A stretch of 64,000 nt of DNA from Phoronis australis (Eukaryota; Animalia; Phoronida): NCBI GenBank assembly GCA_002633005.1, contig NMRA01000001.1, positions 3,207,695-3,271,694 of the forward strand. Direction: 5' to 3'. A model generated the notes under the pieces. The model was not told the origin of the DNA and searched no databases. It was given only the letters and a program-made list of their open reading frames with translations. This document shows positions 45,901 through 60,900 of this stretch, piece by piece. Position 1 is the first letter of the stretch. Each line of letters opens with the position of its first letter. The translations under genes were made by a program, and so were the position numbers.

Positions 45901-48900
45901 TTTCAACATTTTGATGTTCCTTGGTGCACTTGAGACAAACTTCATAAGCATGCCAGAAGATGTGCGTTTATGTTTAAAAGATAATTAAATGTAAAATAAA
46001 GCAGTAATAGGCTCTGTGAGTGTAATTAACAACAATTATACATTATGTACAAGTGTTACACTAGACACTAACGTTTTCTTCTTGTCAGAACCATCGGGAT
46101 TCCTGGACGAATTGAGCGTAGAGGATGGGCTGAATATACCACTCTCGTTAAGCGAGTCGTCTGGTGATGGCGTGCGGGACTGCTTTTGTCGACGCTCTTT
46201 TTTCTCAACCTTGTCAAATAACTTCTCCGCTTTCTTTTTTGAGGCGCTATGGCGGATCTTCTTGAGCGACGACAGGATCTGAATCAAAACATCAATTAAA
46301 GCACAAGATCTATATTTTTTTCAGTTTGGTATTGAGAAATAAATTCATCTTCCTAACCGTGTCTCATATATTTTTTCTTTAGTAGTACTCAATGGTAATT
46401 AGGCTAACTGGAAAATCATTGAGCAGCAGCGTATTGAGATTCATGTATTCTGACCAAAAGATACTTTACTTTCTTTTAGCATATCACCAGTCACCGCCAA
46501 GGAAATTCAAGCTGTCGAATCGCATGAAGACAGATTTTCTTTTTGGTCACTTCTGCTACGGACGCTAGCCAGCACATCTAAGGGTGCCCTCGAACTTAAA
46601 ATGCAATACATGTAAGACAGCCATAGTGGCACCCACGGTACCTAGCTGTTTGAATACGAGCTAACATCAGAACTCAGCAAATATAGAGGCAAAAGTAAAA
46701 AAACAAAATTGCCACTAGGAGGTACAGCGGTAGTCGAATATGTCCCATTCACTTGTGCCGCCCCCTTTATGATAAGAGCACGTCTGAAAAATTTTACGAA
46801 TATCCATTAAGGGACTTTGCAGATACAGCAGAAGACACTGTACGAGGATGATGGAAAGTGCTGATGCACGCACGCACGCACGCATGCATACATACATAAA
46901 CACCTATCCACTATATGAGCTCATATAATAAACTAAAGCTAGATCACAATAACACTACATACATTTTCCTCAACAATTCACGGCAAGCACTAGTTTAGGT
47001 ACTCTCCATCCCCTAATTCTATAGAAATGCGCCACAACGAAACTTACATCATCCTGCTGTTCGTTAAACTCTCCCGTACTCTCCAGGCTGGGTCCATAGG
47101 CACTGTCCTTGTCATCTTCCCGGGGACTGGAGAGTGCCTCCGAGGCCTTAGGGATGGGCGGTACCTTGTTACGCCTGGATGCTGACCGTGCTATAGTCGG
47201 CTTCAGATGAATGGGAGACTCAGCAGGCTCCTTTGTGGACCGCCTGTCTGTTGGTGCTTCAGACCAGTCACCATTTCCAGTTTCTTGAGCTAAAACAGAA
47301 ATAATTGCCAGCATTATGTAGCTACTACGTAACACAGAGCCCACAAACACATAGTATCCACAAGCCTACTTACAGGAAAATCAACATATCTATCAAAAAC
47401 TAAATCATATGTAAAGATCTTATGAGAAATTTGCAAAAACGTTATCAGAAACGAATTTTGTTTAAATTTCCTTATCTGTAATTGGCTTTTTACAATACAC
47501 TGAAATGAAATCGATCAGTTTTTAATAACTGCAAATCTGCAATGGTTGCAAGGAGAATTGGGCAAAACTACCCGAGTGTACACTTGATGAAACAGCTGCA
47601 TATTGAGTATATTCAGGTTAAGCTTATTACTTGAATTAATGAAATGATCCTAGACTCTATTACAACCTCCGAGATATAACGGCCTATGAAGTAAAACATG
47701 ATGACGGTGATACAATTGCGTGCTTAAACGTACCCCCGATTACAAGCTTACTTAAAAGTGCTCATGCTCCGGTATTGAAAACAAGTATCCATTTCATAAC
47801 GACAACAATTAAAAAATAAATGACGAACACGGTGCTGTATTGAATCAAACACATTGAGACGATACATCATGCAGCATCCTAGCACCAACAGTCTTACGTA
47901 CCAGATATTGGCCCCAAGACGGGCTTGTGCGATAGACCCGGTTCATCTAGCTTTTTCGCATCCGGCCAAGAGCTTGACAGACTCTGTCTCTTCAACAGGG
48001 AGCGCTCCCCGCCAGCGAAGCTGCCGTTGATGGATGTGTTGAGGCTGGACGGTTCATTAGAGTAACTACGACTGTAGCGACGTGAGGGAGAATCTGTGCT
48101 CTTGCTAAACACCGCTGAGTCACGCAGGCTGGTATCAGGGCTAGGAACATAGCTGTACCCTAGGTTCAGCGATGAATCAGGACTGAAGTCGAAGTCATTT
48201 GAGACGCTCATACGCTTGGATACAGCTGTAACAAACAAAACTAATGAGCACACTTTCTCCTGAAAGACTGAAAAGTGCAATAGGGTCATCCCGGATTATA
48301 CAGCGACACTTGAATCTCGCTGTATTTACCCACAATGCCGTAAACCTCTGTCAGGCACATTTGCTACCTCGGTTTTGTGCTATAGAAGTTGACTTGTTAT
48401 TTCTCGTCTGCTTCTTTACAAGGTTTTCTCACTCAGTTGCATTACTCTATGTGTGCTTCCAATGCAAACGAAGTATTACTGCTGTGCTGTGGGCTGCAAC
48501 TCCGATAAACTGGACAAATACCTGTGGATGCCGAATGTGAAATTCTTTGCCTTCCCGACATCAATGAGAGACACGAAAATGTGCCTGATTTCCAAAACGA
48601 GGTCACACGCTTTCTTAGCTCTGGTACAAAGGAGAGTTCTATCGCTGTGTATTCCAGGAAGTCTCTATTAACCAGCACTTTGTGTCAAAAAAACAACTAG
48701 TGATTTAGGTCCAGGGCTTGGAATGACCAAAAAAGGCAAGAAAGAGGAAAACTTTCCAGGTGATGTATCGTTCCACAAATAGGCTTGTGTTAATAAATTT
48801 AACTGAAATAAACATTATTGCTTGAATGAAGTCAAAATAATGATAAAAAGAGACAAAAAAGAAGAAGCTGGAAATTAAGCAAGAGGAAATCGAAACCAAA

Positions 48901-51900
48901 AAAGAGAAAATCCTCTTAACAGAGGAGAATTTCAATCGTTGTAGGCCACAAATCATTAGAAAATCTGTCTCATCATGCTTCTTACTCCTATTACAAATGA
49001 TTTCCAGCCTTTGGACGAACAGAACAGTTGTTAATACTTTAAACCAAACTCATAAAATTATGTGTCCCAGCGGCTGAATAAGCATAGCCTGAAGGGGGGA
49101 TTCCAGTCACTTCATTGTAACAAATATCAATCCATACAAAAAGTAAAAATGTGATGACTGTGCTTTAGTAAAGCAAAAACATCACTGAAGAATTTTTGTC
49201 AAAAAACTTCATGAATGGCAAGTTTAAAAAAATAACGTTGTCAAGGTATAACAACGCACTCTGCCTTTAGAGCACTGTCTGAAGATCACCAACACATAAA
49301 TGATGAAAAAAAGCCTCAAAAAGTTGGTGACACACCTTATAACATAGACGTTCTAAATGCTAAAGCTTATTAGTACCCAACCTGTGTTGCACACCCTACA
49401 ATCAAGGGTATGTTTTGTGGAAAATGATGGAGTTAAGTCAGAAAGTTGGTCTTACACACCACACAACTATTTCAAAAAAAAATGTCAATCTCATTTGAAC
49501 AAAAGAACAGTCTCTGAGAAAATACATGTAACTGCTAGTTAATGAGATAATTTCTATCAATTATTTCCAGACTGCGATTTGCTCATAATTACTTGACTAA
49601 CCTTTTTTCAGGACATGTTAAGTTAGAATGTAAAGATCAAAGTTCAATCCTTAGTCACTTTCAAGAAACAAACCCCTGAGCTTCATAGAAACATTTCTAC
49701 CAAAAACGCACAGTGCTTCAGTCATCAAAAGACCCTACAGTCAGTAGAACACACAAACCAAATAATACTCTGCTCTCTAATATATCTTAAATATATAGTT
49801 ATGGAAAGTATTTATTTCTCACAAACATAATTGCCGATATTATCATTTTTCTACTTTTCACAGACCGACTTACAATCTTGCTGCAAATAACGGAAACTTT
49901 AACAAACATTTTATACAGAACAAAAACCAACCTATTAATAAGACTAAAATGTTTTAAATCATTATTTTTGTTGAGAAGTTACACAGAGTAAAATTTTACA
50001 CGCATCCCGTATTGTATGTTAAAAATGTGAAGAATTACACTATCAGACAGTGTATATGACATGAAGCCTACCTTGGACGATAACACGCGTTTGAGCACCA
50101 CTCTGAGCAAAGCAATAGCACAAATTTTCATATGGGACGAGCTGTTCAGCTTATTGACTTACATTCATATATGTAATGGCAAGAATCGTTGTAAGGTGTT
50201 CTAGTCAAATCCATATTCAATACTACATCTTTAAATGTCCTTTTGTTCTATGCTCTTGTAACATGACACAAAAAACACTACATCAACAATTAATCATTGA
50301 AACCTATGCTTGAGTAATTAAATCATGAGCTCAATATTAAAGGTATGATGTTCGATCGAATGGTAATTGAATCGTGATGTGGGAGCCACCGATTTTGATA
50401 TCGATGTGCCACGACCCATTTCAATTCGATTCTAAGTTACCGTTTTTGGTGTTGGATGTCTTACAATGTTATGACTTATTTGCATCTTTTGAAGAGTATT
50501 ATTGAGCTACTGAACAAATAAACAACTCAGGATCATTGAATAGTTGGAATTTTATCATGTTCAACAATTTTGTTGTTAAACTAGGTAAAAGTGTTAACTA
50601 CTTATATTTGAAAAAAGATAAAAAAAATAATTAAATTTGAAAAAATATAAAAAAAATTAATTAAATCAACAAACAAGAATTGAAAATAATCATTTCCACC
50701 TCAATAGAATCAAATCAAGACTGTGTATCATCCCTCCCCTACCCAATATATCTAAAATAACAAGAATCCGTTAAAGAAAGCCTTTACAGTAAAACCTAAG
50801 ATGCCTATATTTCTGAGTCATGGCTGGCTTTCCATAATAAGATATGACACAATAATGAGCGGCAAAACAGCTAAAATGGGGTTAAGTATGTTACCATGAA
50901 CACACACCTTACACGTATCTAATCACAGTATCTAATCACAGCCTGTGTTTATATTTAACTAATGATAATCTGTAAACTTTTTTGGCCTTAGTCTACCCAG
51001 CCTATCTTAACCATGTATATTCTCTAGCGCAAAATACACTAGGTCAGTATACCAAGCAACTGCATACACTGTGCCATAAACATAGACTTGGTGTTTCACA
51101 TTGGCGATTCTGATGTCTCATATTATTAATGGTAGGCTAGCAACAGGTGATACCAAAAAGATTACAAGAAAACCTCCATAAAAAACCTGGAGTTCAGTGA
51201 CTTTCCACACAGTGAACACCAAGCCAACACCAACAAACTTTAGCCAAGATTTGACTAAAAAGTTGTGTAATATCGTTGATTAAAAATGTTCGTGGTAAAA
51301 TGTCACCGATACAAGACACAACATCGCAGACAAGTGAAATATTTATTTTAATCATTTTTATAGGCAATTTTGTCATGGTAACCGGACTGATTAGCCAGCT
51401 CACCTTGTTCAGATGATAGAAATTCCTAAGCAAACAGTAAGTCTTTGTTTGATGGACCACGCTATTTCACGCCCTAACACATTAACCTAGCAGTAAGATA
51501 AGAGTGGCTTTAGGAATCTAGACGAGGTTTCTCGACACCTTTTTGATGGACTAGCCTAATCACAGTTCACTTTATAGACCTTGAACTTATCAAGATTACA
51601 TCACTGCCATTTTGCATTACAAGTAACACCACACAAACATCAACGACCTTAGCAACCACCTGGCGATGTTTTGAGAAAACCCGTGGGCGTTCATGAGGTT
51701 AGAAGCCCTCAAAAATGAAATAAATATCAATTTTGGCAACTACAGCCCAAAACTGGTGAGAAACTACTCTACATGGAGAATACTACACCACTCAAAAATA
51801 TTAAAATCGAGACTTGAGCAGTCGTGGTTTGGGTTCAGTAAAACCTTGGGGCCCACTTTAACAAAGGATGAACCTCCGGTCCTGGGCACAGTATTTTTGA

Positions 51901-54900
51901 CACAACCTGCATTCTTCAATATGAGCGAAACATTACAGCAGACATTAAGATGATAGTTTTTCACAGCCATATTTAATGATCACTTTTGTTAACTACATTA
52001 GTGAATTCTGCGTAAATTCAAACTCTCTTAGCTAAGACTAGACTTCTGTCCATATAGCAAAAACAGGTCCCAGCAATTGCAACGTATAGACACTTATCTG
52101 TAGAGTGTATAACACTATAGATTCCTGGGTCAACAAAGATACACAGATGAGAGTCTATCAATTGACACCAGTGGAGGTAATACTCCCCAACAAGGTCAAC
52201 ACCTGGAGAGCTGTTAGGTTACTGCTACAGTTAATTAAATACACCTGAATGATTGCATAACAGTGCCTAATGAATAGTCTGGTGACAAGGTAGCAAGAAA
52301 AAAGCAAGGTGACTACAGGTGACCTGTACAGACCACACATGCATAGGTTAGTGAGAGCAGTCTGGCGATTAATAACATTTTTGTGAAAAAAACATGATTA
52401 GTAAAATCAATAATCCTAGTTCATAAGTTCAAAACCGTAATTTCATTATATACAAGGGCTGACCTATGAATGAGGAAGTGTACAATTAATCATTAAACTT
52501 AATTTATACTTTTATCTAAATGGTTATTGTTTACACTAATTACACTTGGTGACGTAATTTAGCTACTATCAAGTCTTTCATGGAGAGCTGAAGCCACACC
52601 ATAGGAAATCAACCTTTGCCACAGGGGTGGAGAATGGCTACCACTGTGTGACTTATACCACATTCACGTGGCACGGCAAATGCTAAACATTACTCCCTAA
52701 GACACTAAATTTAAACAGATGGCCTGACTTCTAACTCAAAAAAGTGAAATCTGTTTTTTCACAAAAGTTCACATATGTGTAACAAATCACAGCGAGTTGA
52801 ATTATTTGGCAAAGAACATAAAATGAAACATGAAACAACTACAGCCCACACAACGCAAAAGGAAAGAAATCGCAGGCATAGGTTCCAATGATAAAAAATC
52901 TACACATTAAATCTACATTAAATATTTAAAAGCTTAAAACTAGTAAAACTGGGTAAACTCTTCTCGAATTAATAATCTGGCAATTCTCAAGCGACAAGTG
53001 CACCGAAATTGTGTCATCAAGGCGATGATAATGAGTTTCATACCAGACTAGTTAAATGACCGGTGTCATGTTGAATGCAGGTCTGGGCAGACACATCCGG
53101 GTAAGGTTTTCTCGAATTTCAGCCTGTTCACAACCAAAGCACCTAACAGGTAAAGGCGCATATTACATTACAACAATGGCTCACCTTTACCTGTGTTACA
53201 TGTACTGTTCCTGGGGAATGCCTACTTTAATATTATCAAAAATCTAGCTGTCCACTTCACCTACGCTGCACCAAGATTCGATCTGCAGTAAAATCTCAGT
53301 AATTTCGGACAAGCCAGGTATCATATTTATTCATTTCTCGAATGCATCCAACATCATTGTAAGTGCCTAAAAATACTCAAAACATTGTCTGATGGCTGCT
53401 ATATGGTGCAGAACTTGAAAATAATAAACTTAAAAATAATAAAGTATTTATTTGGACAGTGGTGCTCATCTTTTATGAAAAGATGAAAATAATAAAATTT
53501 CGCTTTTCATATTCTGGCCTATAATCGTGAGATTTTACCGGAGTAATATAGAAGAGCATAATACAGACGCAGACTTACTTCTAGCTTCGTTTCCTGTTGC
53601 ACTCTTTGGCGAGGCAGTATCATCCGCATTTGTATTGTTCACACGGCCTGGGTAGTTACTGGAAAGAGACCGTCTCTCCTCTGCCTGCTGACGTCGGATC
53701 TTGTTCAGGTGAATCTGTTTGTAAGACATAGTTCCTGTGGCAAAAAGGAAAAAAAAGCTCAATTCACGAGTCTTCCAAGTCTTCCAACATAATATTTTAC
53801 ATTCAAAAGAGGAAAGGCTTCAGCATTGATGCTAAGACATTTCCAGGTTTCAATGCTCTTTATCAACGAACTGCACGTGGTGCTATTTTCTGTTTTCTGA
53901 AAGGTGCAGGACTTATTTGTGTGATCTGTAGTCTTCCCTATAGTTTATGTAAAGGCAGACAAAATACATTAAGGCCAGCTTTATAAGAAGACAAGCACTT
54001 TACGAGACACATCAAAGTACATGATAACAGCATAACTAACAATTCCAGGTACAAATATGACGTCAAAACAACTCGCCAGTTAGAGACAATCAAACTCATC
54101 CCCAAAAGGCAAAATGTGACACTTTACATCCACACTACCATTATTTTACACAACTTCCGTTAACATTTCTTCTAACTAAACCAACACAGATGCAAAGACC
54201 ATCAATCTTCAAGAATGTGATTATCTTACCCCTTTATAGAAGTATGGACATTCAACAGTTAGTATGGTCAAAATTTCAGCTTGGGATACAATATTGCAAA
54301 CGTGGATTTTCATTTTGCACAATTTCCCAATAAAAATAATTTTAAAGAAAATTTCTTTTCTTGCAAACAGAGTAGTACTATAGTTGAGAGCAAACAACAA
54401 GGGAAACTCAACCATTCATAGCATGCAGTTGGCCCTTGAAAAACTGAAAAACGAAAATTTTAAGATTTTTGATGCTAATCAATTCGATTTTATCATTAAA
54501 TAGACGTAGAACCTACACCATTAAACAACTCTAAGTTGCCTTGGTTTGTTAGTAAAACCATCTTCTTCATACAAAGTCTATGGCTTCTACACCATGTCAG
54601 GAAAAACTGTAATCCATTCACAAAAATGACAGATGAGACAAGATGGCTACGTCAGTTACCTGCGGACTCAGGCGAATCCCCTCCCCAGTTATTCCCCTCC
54701 ACGTTATTCTCACCCCAGCCAGTTGTACGCAACTGACCACCAGGCTCATTGTTTCTCGGCCGGCGACTCTGAAAATGAGAAAAGTATCTCATGAGGACAA
54801 TATTCTTCAACAACCAAATCAGGACTGTGGCAGAAATTGTCCGTCAGCAAAACAAGTTCATAACTGGTCTATCCACTCTGACTGGTACATTGACAGACTT

Positions 54901-57900
54901 GTCTTTCAACTCAAGAGTTCAATTGCATACCTAATAGCAAATGACAGTCAATATTACTAACAAATCCATGAAGGTAAAATAAATAGCATGTATCAAAACA
55001 TCTACAATACTTTCAATATAATTCCACAAATACGGTAGATAGAGGTCAAGTTCGTCATGAAAATCTCAGTGGGAATAACAAAAACCAATACAATGACTTC
55101 GGGGAAATTTGAAAATAATTACCAACACAGTCTCATGTCATGTTAGTCATAAAAACTTCAGTTTCCAGGAAAGTAAAGACAACAATATGACCTGTCAACT
55201 GAAAAAGTCAGGTAACTGAACAACAAAGCCAACAATCAACAGCAAAGACACAAGTATTCCCAAACCGATAGGACAGGCGCCCAGACATTTTTTTGTCCCT
55301 CACCATAATGTTTCAAATAAAATCAGTTTTGTTGGAAGGAAATTGTACACAGGATTTATTAAGAATAACAGAAGATATTATTCAAACATGTCAATAGGAA
55401 TTAACAGAAAAGGCGTTGTCTAAACTATGCAATAATAGACATTTTTAAAATTGTCTGTGAGCAAATGAGGGTGAAGGATAAATCAATCTGGATGAATAAG
55501 AAGCATTCAAGCAAAGAGACAGAAAACTGACAGCCATTGAATGCAAACCAGGATTCACTGGACTCAAGTGATCATGACCCCAAGTTGCCAGTCTAAGCCT
55601 TTTCCTGAGGGATAAGCCAAGGTGAAATCCTGATACACATCTGATATGTAACTGGTCTATCCAACTTGGTTGAACAATAATCAATGAGAACTAACAGGGG
55701 AGATTGTATTCATTAGAAACCAATAATAAAAGATTGCATAAGTTACATGAAGACAACTTGGGCAGGATAATATGTGCAAGGCCTGAAAAAACATATCTGA
55801 TCAAACGTTTAAATAAATCTAGATCAGTTCTGGGTATTTATCACTCTTACAGTACGCATATTCTGGCCTACGCATTTCAGGTTCTGCAAAAAACTGAACC
55901 AGGGCACTATCCCAAATAAATAAGGGTTTAATTAAATAATCAGGAAATCACATTTTGGAAACTAAAATAAAAAATCTCCCCCAAGAAAGAGATCTCACAA
56001 TGAAAAATAAAAGATGTCTGGATATAAAATCATCAGAGAAATATGTTCATTTCACATCACTGGTAGATGTGTGTACATGCATGTGTACAAAAGCACACAA
56101 CATTGTATATGAACATGATGTTCAGCAAACTAAATCTATTATCAAGATATATGGTACCATTTACATCTACACACAAAAGCTACCAAATTTAAACGTACAT
56201 TAATCACCTGAATGTTCTTCATTGATCCGACTCATCCAACCGAACATATCCACTAAAGCTGGTTTTAAAAATGCTCACCAACGCAGCAAGAAATTTTCAA
56301 TGCTCCCAATTTAATTCAACAGGTTCCTGCACTGAATTAACAGCAAATATGCAGTCCAAGGCAAACAATTAAAGCCAAATAAGGCCAGTCAAGCCTCATT
56401 GTGGATACCACTCCAGCAGAATTGAGGCTCCTGAATGAATACATCAGGCTACAAAAGCACTAAATTTTTGAAGTAGACTCATATTGGGTTGCTAACTTGA
56501 TGTCCTGGTCAGTATATACCAGCTGTTTGAATTCTAACCAGTGAGAAGTGTTTCTTAATATTCAGGACCAGTTTAAGCCTAATAACATAAACAGACACAT
56601 GTCACATGTCACCTATTCTGGCAAACACATGTACTGTAGTTGAGGTTTTGAAATATTATATATACAGATAGACCAAAGAAAAGTTACCAATACTGCAAAC
56701 TGTTGCCTAATAAGCCTTAGAATTTAAAAGCGTGTTCAATACAACTTCAAGTTAAACTAAACCCTTAAAGAAGAAAGGAAGTACACAATTCCAACACACT
56801 ATCCAACTCTTTAACCTTACAAGATCACAAAAGCATCTTTCGCTCCACCCAGTTTCTAATCGTCCCATGCAAGACTGGGTCCATTTCTTTCATTCACTGA
56901 CACTTCGAAGTCTTGTACATTGTTGTCTGAATTCTTTCAATATTCCACTAACAGTGATGTCATGATAGTTGCAAAGAATTTATAAAAATGTTGGAAAATA
57001 TGACGAACTGCATTTAAGGCCCTTGCTCACATGAGGAAACTGTGCCCCAGAACCACTGCCTTCTGAGATGGGGATTTGTTTGGTTGAGGAGAAAATTCCA
57101 TTACCAACAATTCCACCCCCCAACAAAACTTTTTTGCAGTAGTGATTCTAAATTTGAGAGAATTTTTGGACCTAATGAGAATAATTTTTTCTTTGTTTTA
57201 AATATTTTACACAGGGGAATGAAGCAGATATTGCGACCAAAATCGAGGCATTGAATGTGAAACACTGTCCACCAAACAATCCATTGCCATCTAGAGACAA
57301 GGTTAAGTCTTCATGTTGCCACTTGGAAAATGGAAATTTGCAAAATTCATTTCGCAGTACTTTACAAAAACCACAAACCACTGTATCAAGGTACTTTCAA
57401 GGACATCAATTAACACTCAACTATTCACCCCACTCTCATATTTAAATTCACCTAACCATCGAGGTGATCAGTTACTTTCAACTTAACTTTCAAGTGGCAT
57501 GTTTCAAAACAATTCCAACCAAACATAAAAACCTCATGTAAACTGTTACATTTCCATGGAAACTGTCAAAATGCTTTAAGAGAAGACATCACCCCAAGCT
57601 GCATGTGAACCTTAAACTATCCTTGATCTGTTTCAATTTTTGAGTCCAGCCCTAAACAGTTTATCACCCTGTTATGCCATCAGTGGTAATACATACCAGA
57701 CAAGTCTGCCAGGCACATAACAAAACACACAATGACTTCAGCAGGAGTCTGCTATATCCAGTAAAGTCAAACCATGCACTATTTATAAATACGAATTTCA
57801 GTTTTTACTTGTTTAAACCTTAGTCTTATTAAAACGTTGAGATTGGTGCTGTGGAATTAACTTTTACTGACGACATCTAAAATAATTTGATAGCATGCAT

Positions 57901-60900
57901 GATCATTTCAAGACTGTTAGACTTTCTAAGATTCAAGAATACTTCCCACAATACATCAGCCTTTCAATTTTGTGAAATTTTGAAAAACAGTTCAGACAAG
58001 GTATTTTCACAAGGACAAAATAATAAATCTCTTAATGAGAACATGAAAACATGACACATTCATTCCGGACATGAATTCAAAAAGGTGAGTGCCTTTTGCA
58101 CAATAAATCAAAAAGTTTAGAAGTTGCCAGATCTGACCCATAAAGAGGGCAAGTGGTGCCCTGGTAGATGCCATATGCTGTTTTCATCATCTGTCTGCTA
58201 TGTACTGCCCACACAGCTAGAACATTTCAACCATGACCATCTTAGAACAACCCAAGTGTGCACAGCTGGAGTTATGCCAATAACAGTAGGGGACGCACAG
58301 CCCACATGGAAGGAGGCAGCACGGGCCCATATCACGAAAACCGCCTCAAGACAAGACCAAACATTTGTCTAAGTTGAGATCGAAATTTGGGCTAAGTTAA
58401 GACCGAAGATGAAAAGATGAACACAAAGTCGGGTTTTGGTCTTCGGTCCAACTTACCCATTGACAGAAATTAAGTTGTTTCACATAGAAGAGCATACAAA
58501 CTTCGCTTTCGGCACCTGTTGTGAATTCACAAAACCAAGCAAGGCGGTGTGTGATATTCGAAAGAATAATCTTGGTCTTGAAATTCTAATTGAGACTTTT
58601 TTTAAATTTTGGAAACAACTGGTATCTCTTTTGTTTGAGAGCACTCTGGTAAGGCTGGAAAATGCCATTTCACATGTGCTGTTAAGTAGCAAGTTGCACC
58701 TCTATGGCCTTAATCAGTTCTCCAACCAAAAGCACACATTGCTTAGGAACATTATATTGTGAAAAATATCAATTGTTCCTCAACAGCTGACAGTGACAAT
58801 AGTCCTAAATTTTGGTCATTTAGACCAACCAAAAGTCCAATCGCCTACTCCGTAGTAGGCTAATTTTCGGTCTTAGCTTAGACAATTATTTGTAAAATTA
58901 ACTTACACAGTCCATTTTGAACAGCTCCTGACAGACAGACCAGAAGAAACTTTAAGCCTCACATACAATAAAAGAAAGCCAGCACACTTCTCCCCACAGC
59001 ACATCACATAATCTCACAAAAAATAATGAACCTGTCACATTTTCTTGTTAATAACTGACATCTAGATAGAAGTGGCCAAGCGTGCGTGTAAGATGAGAAC
59101 ATTATACTCACTCACGTTTCATTAATTATGTTGCAGGCCTTGATTGAACTAATAATTAGCATACGAGGATATCAACAAGGAAATGTACTGTAAAAATAAA
59201 ACAGCTACAAAAACGGATACTTAATACCAAATATAGTTGGTTGGACTTCAAAAAGATTTCAATTCAGCATCACGCCAAGAGAAGCTCCCTGTCCCCTACA
59301 TAACCCGCAGATAATTAAGCCAGTCAAAAGGTTGAAAAATCGCCTTTTTAAACTATTGAAAACCTTTTCCCTGAACACAAACAGGATATGACTGATCAGA
59401 TGAAGTTGTCAATGATGAATGATTGTCTAGTGTAGTAAAGCAAAACATGTCAGTGTGATTCTCACCACGACTTGTCTACAGTTATAGCTCCTACAACTTC
59501 ATGACTTGTGCAGCCAAAAAGCATGGCATCCAATATGAAACACAAGGATGAGCAACCAACGACAGTGCATGGGCCTTGTTCTCAGATGCCAGGGGTTTGT
59601 TTACAGGTGACAGGCCGGCCGTGTTTGCTATCAAAGCGCCTTGTTTACAGGTGCCAGGGCTGTTTTAGCTGTCAGTAGCCCACCCCATGACCTCTGTTTA
59701 CAAGTAAGGAACTGATTCATCAGAGCCTGAGTGGGGTAGTTTAGGTAGCCTGAATATTAGAGACATATTAGAAGAGTTTTTTCAGTGAACCCTTTAAGGT
59801 TATGCATAACTGAACAAAAATGTCAAAATTTGGTTAACTTCAGAACACCATATCTCCAAAACGCCAAATCGGATTCACATGAAATTTCAGACACTGTGGT
59901 TCATGTGCCCTATTCCCCAAAACGCTTAAGGACTGTTTTAAATTGTTCCACTTTCAGGGCTATCAAAAAATAACACTTATGGTTTTTATCAAAACTCAAA
60001 AGCTGCAAAAAAGAAAACGAAATGATAATTTAGAAAACTGTGACAGAGTTTTTGAGATCTCATCATGAACACTATATCAAACAAAACTTGGTCACATTAC
60101 TAATTTGCTATGACTGCACATTTGTTTTTTAATAAGCTTTACTAAAAATGTATGGTCACCAAATTATTGTCAGATTGGTAAAAAGTCAAAAAAAAAAATT
60201 CTATCGACCTTGTACTTTTAGAAAATATATACTTGCACCGAGTTAAATTGTATATTTTTGTAGAAATTAGGTAAACGGTACACGATAAGGTCCACACAAC
60301 ATATCCTTAAGTATGTATCACTTGGTTAAATATTGATTACAATAGCTTATTAATACATTGATGTCAATGTCAATATTTGCAGGACGTTGAATGTGTAACA
60401 AAGAAACCAGTTCACATAGTGGCAACAACCAAACAACCTCTGGATACAATCTCTAGTCCTAATTAAACGTTAGCTCTTGGTTACAGTACTTTGAGTACGG
60501 GCTCCCATGTGTGCCTGGTGACTTCGTGGCAACTTAGGATTTTTACCCGGTCATCAAATCAGAGCATCTTTTACCCCAACAAAGATTCACAACAGAACAG
60601 TTCAAGTTCCCTGTAGCCCTAATCCGACCAAACTGAAATCACAAACATCAAACAGGAATTGTTAAAAATCTGTATGTTCCTTTATAAATTGAAGATGGGA
60701 AGGAATTAAGATTTGGTATTGCCTTCCAGAATAACCAAATTCATATCACCAAGGAACACTAACTGATAAAGTGTTCAAATGTCTTAAGAAAAGATTCCAA
60801 TGATGTCTGATCACTGATCAGACCTGCATTGTTAACTCTGCCCCCTAATCAGAAGGCTCGTCTACTTTCTTACCATGAGAAGTTCTCGCTCAAATGACAT

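Noticed and set aside
28037-48941. The three MITE copies are almost equally spaced (10341 and 10334 bp)
   Set aside because: No copies at the predicted next positions (about 17.7 kb and 59.0 kb) and the intervening DNA is unrelated, so this is coincidence.
53171-53220. Possible 20- or 26-nt TOGARAM1 micro-exon
   Set aside because: Neither length preserves the phase 1 to phase 1 junction.
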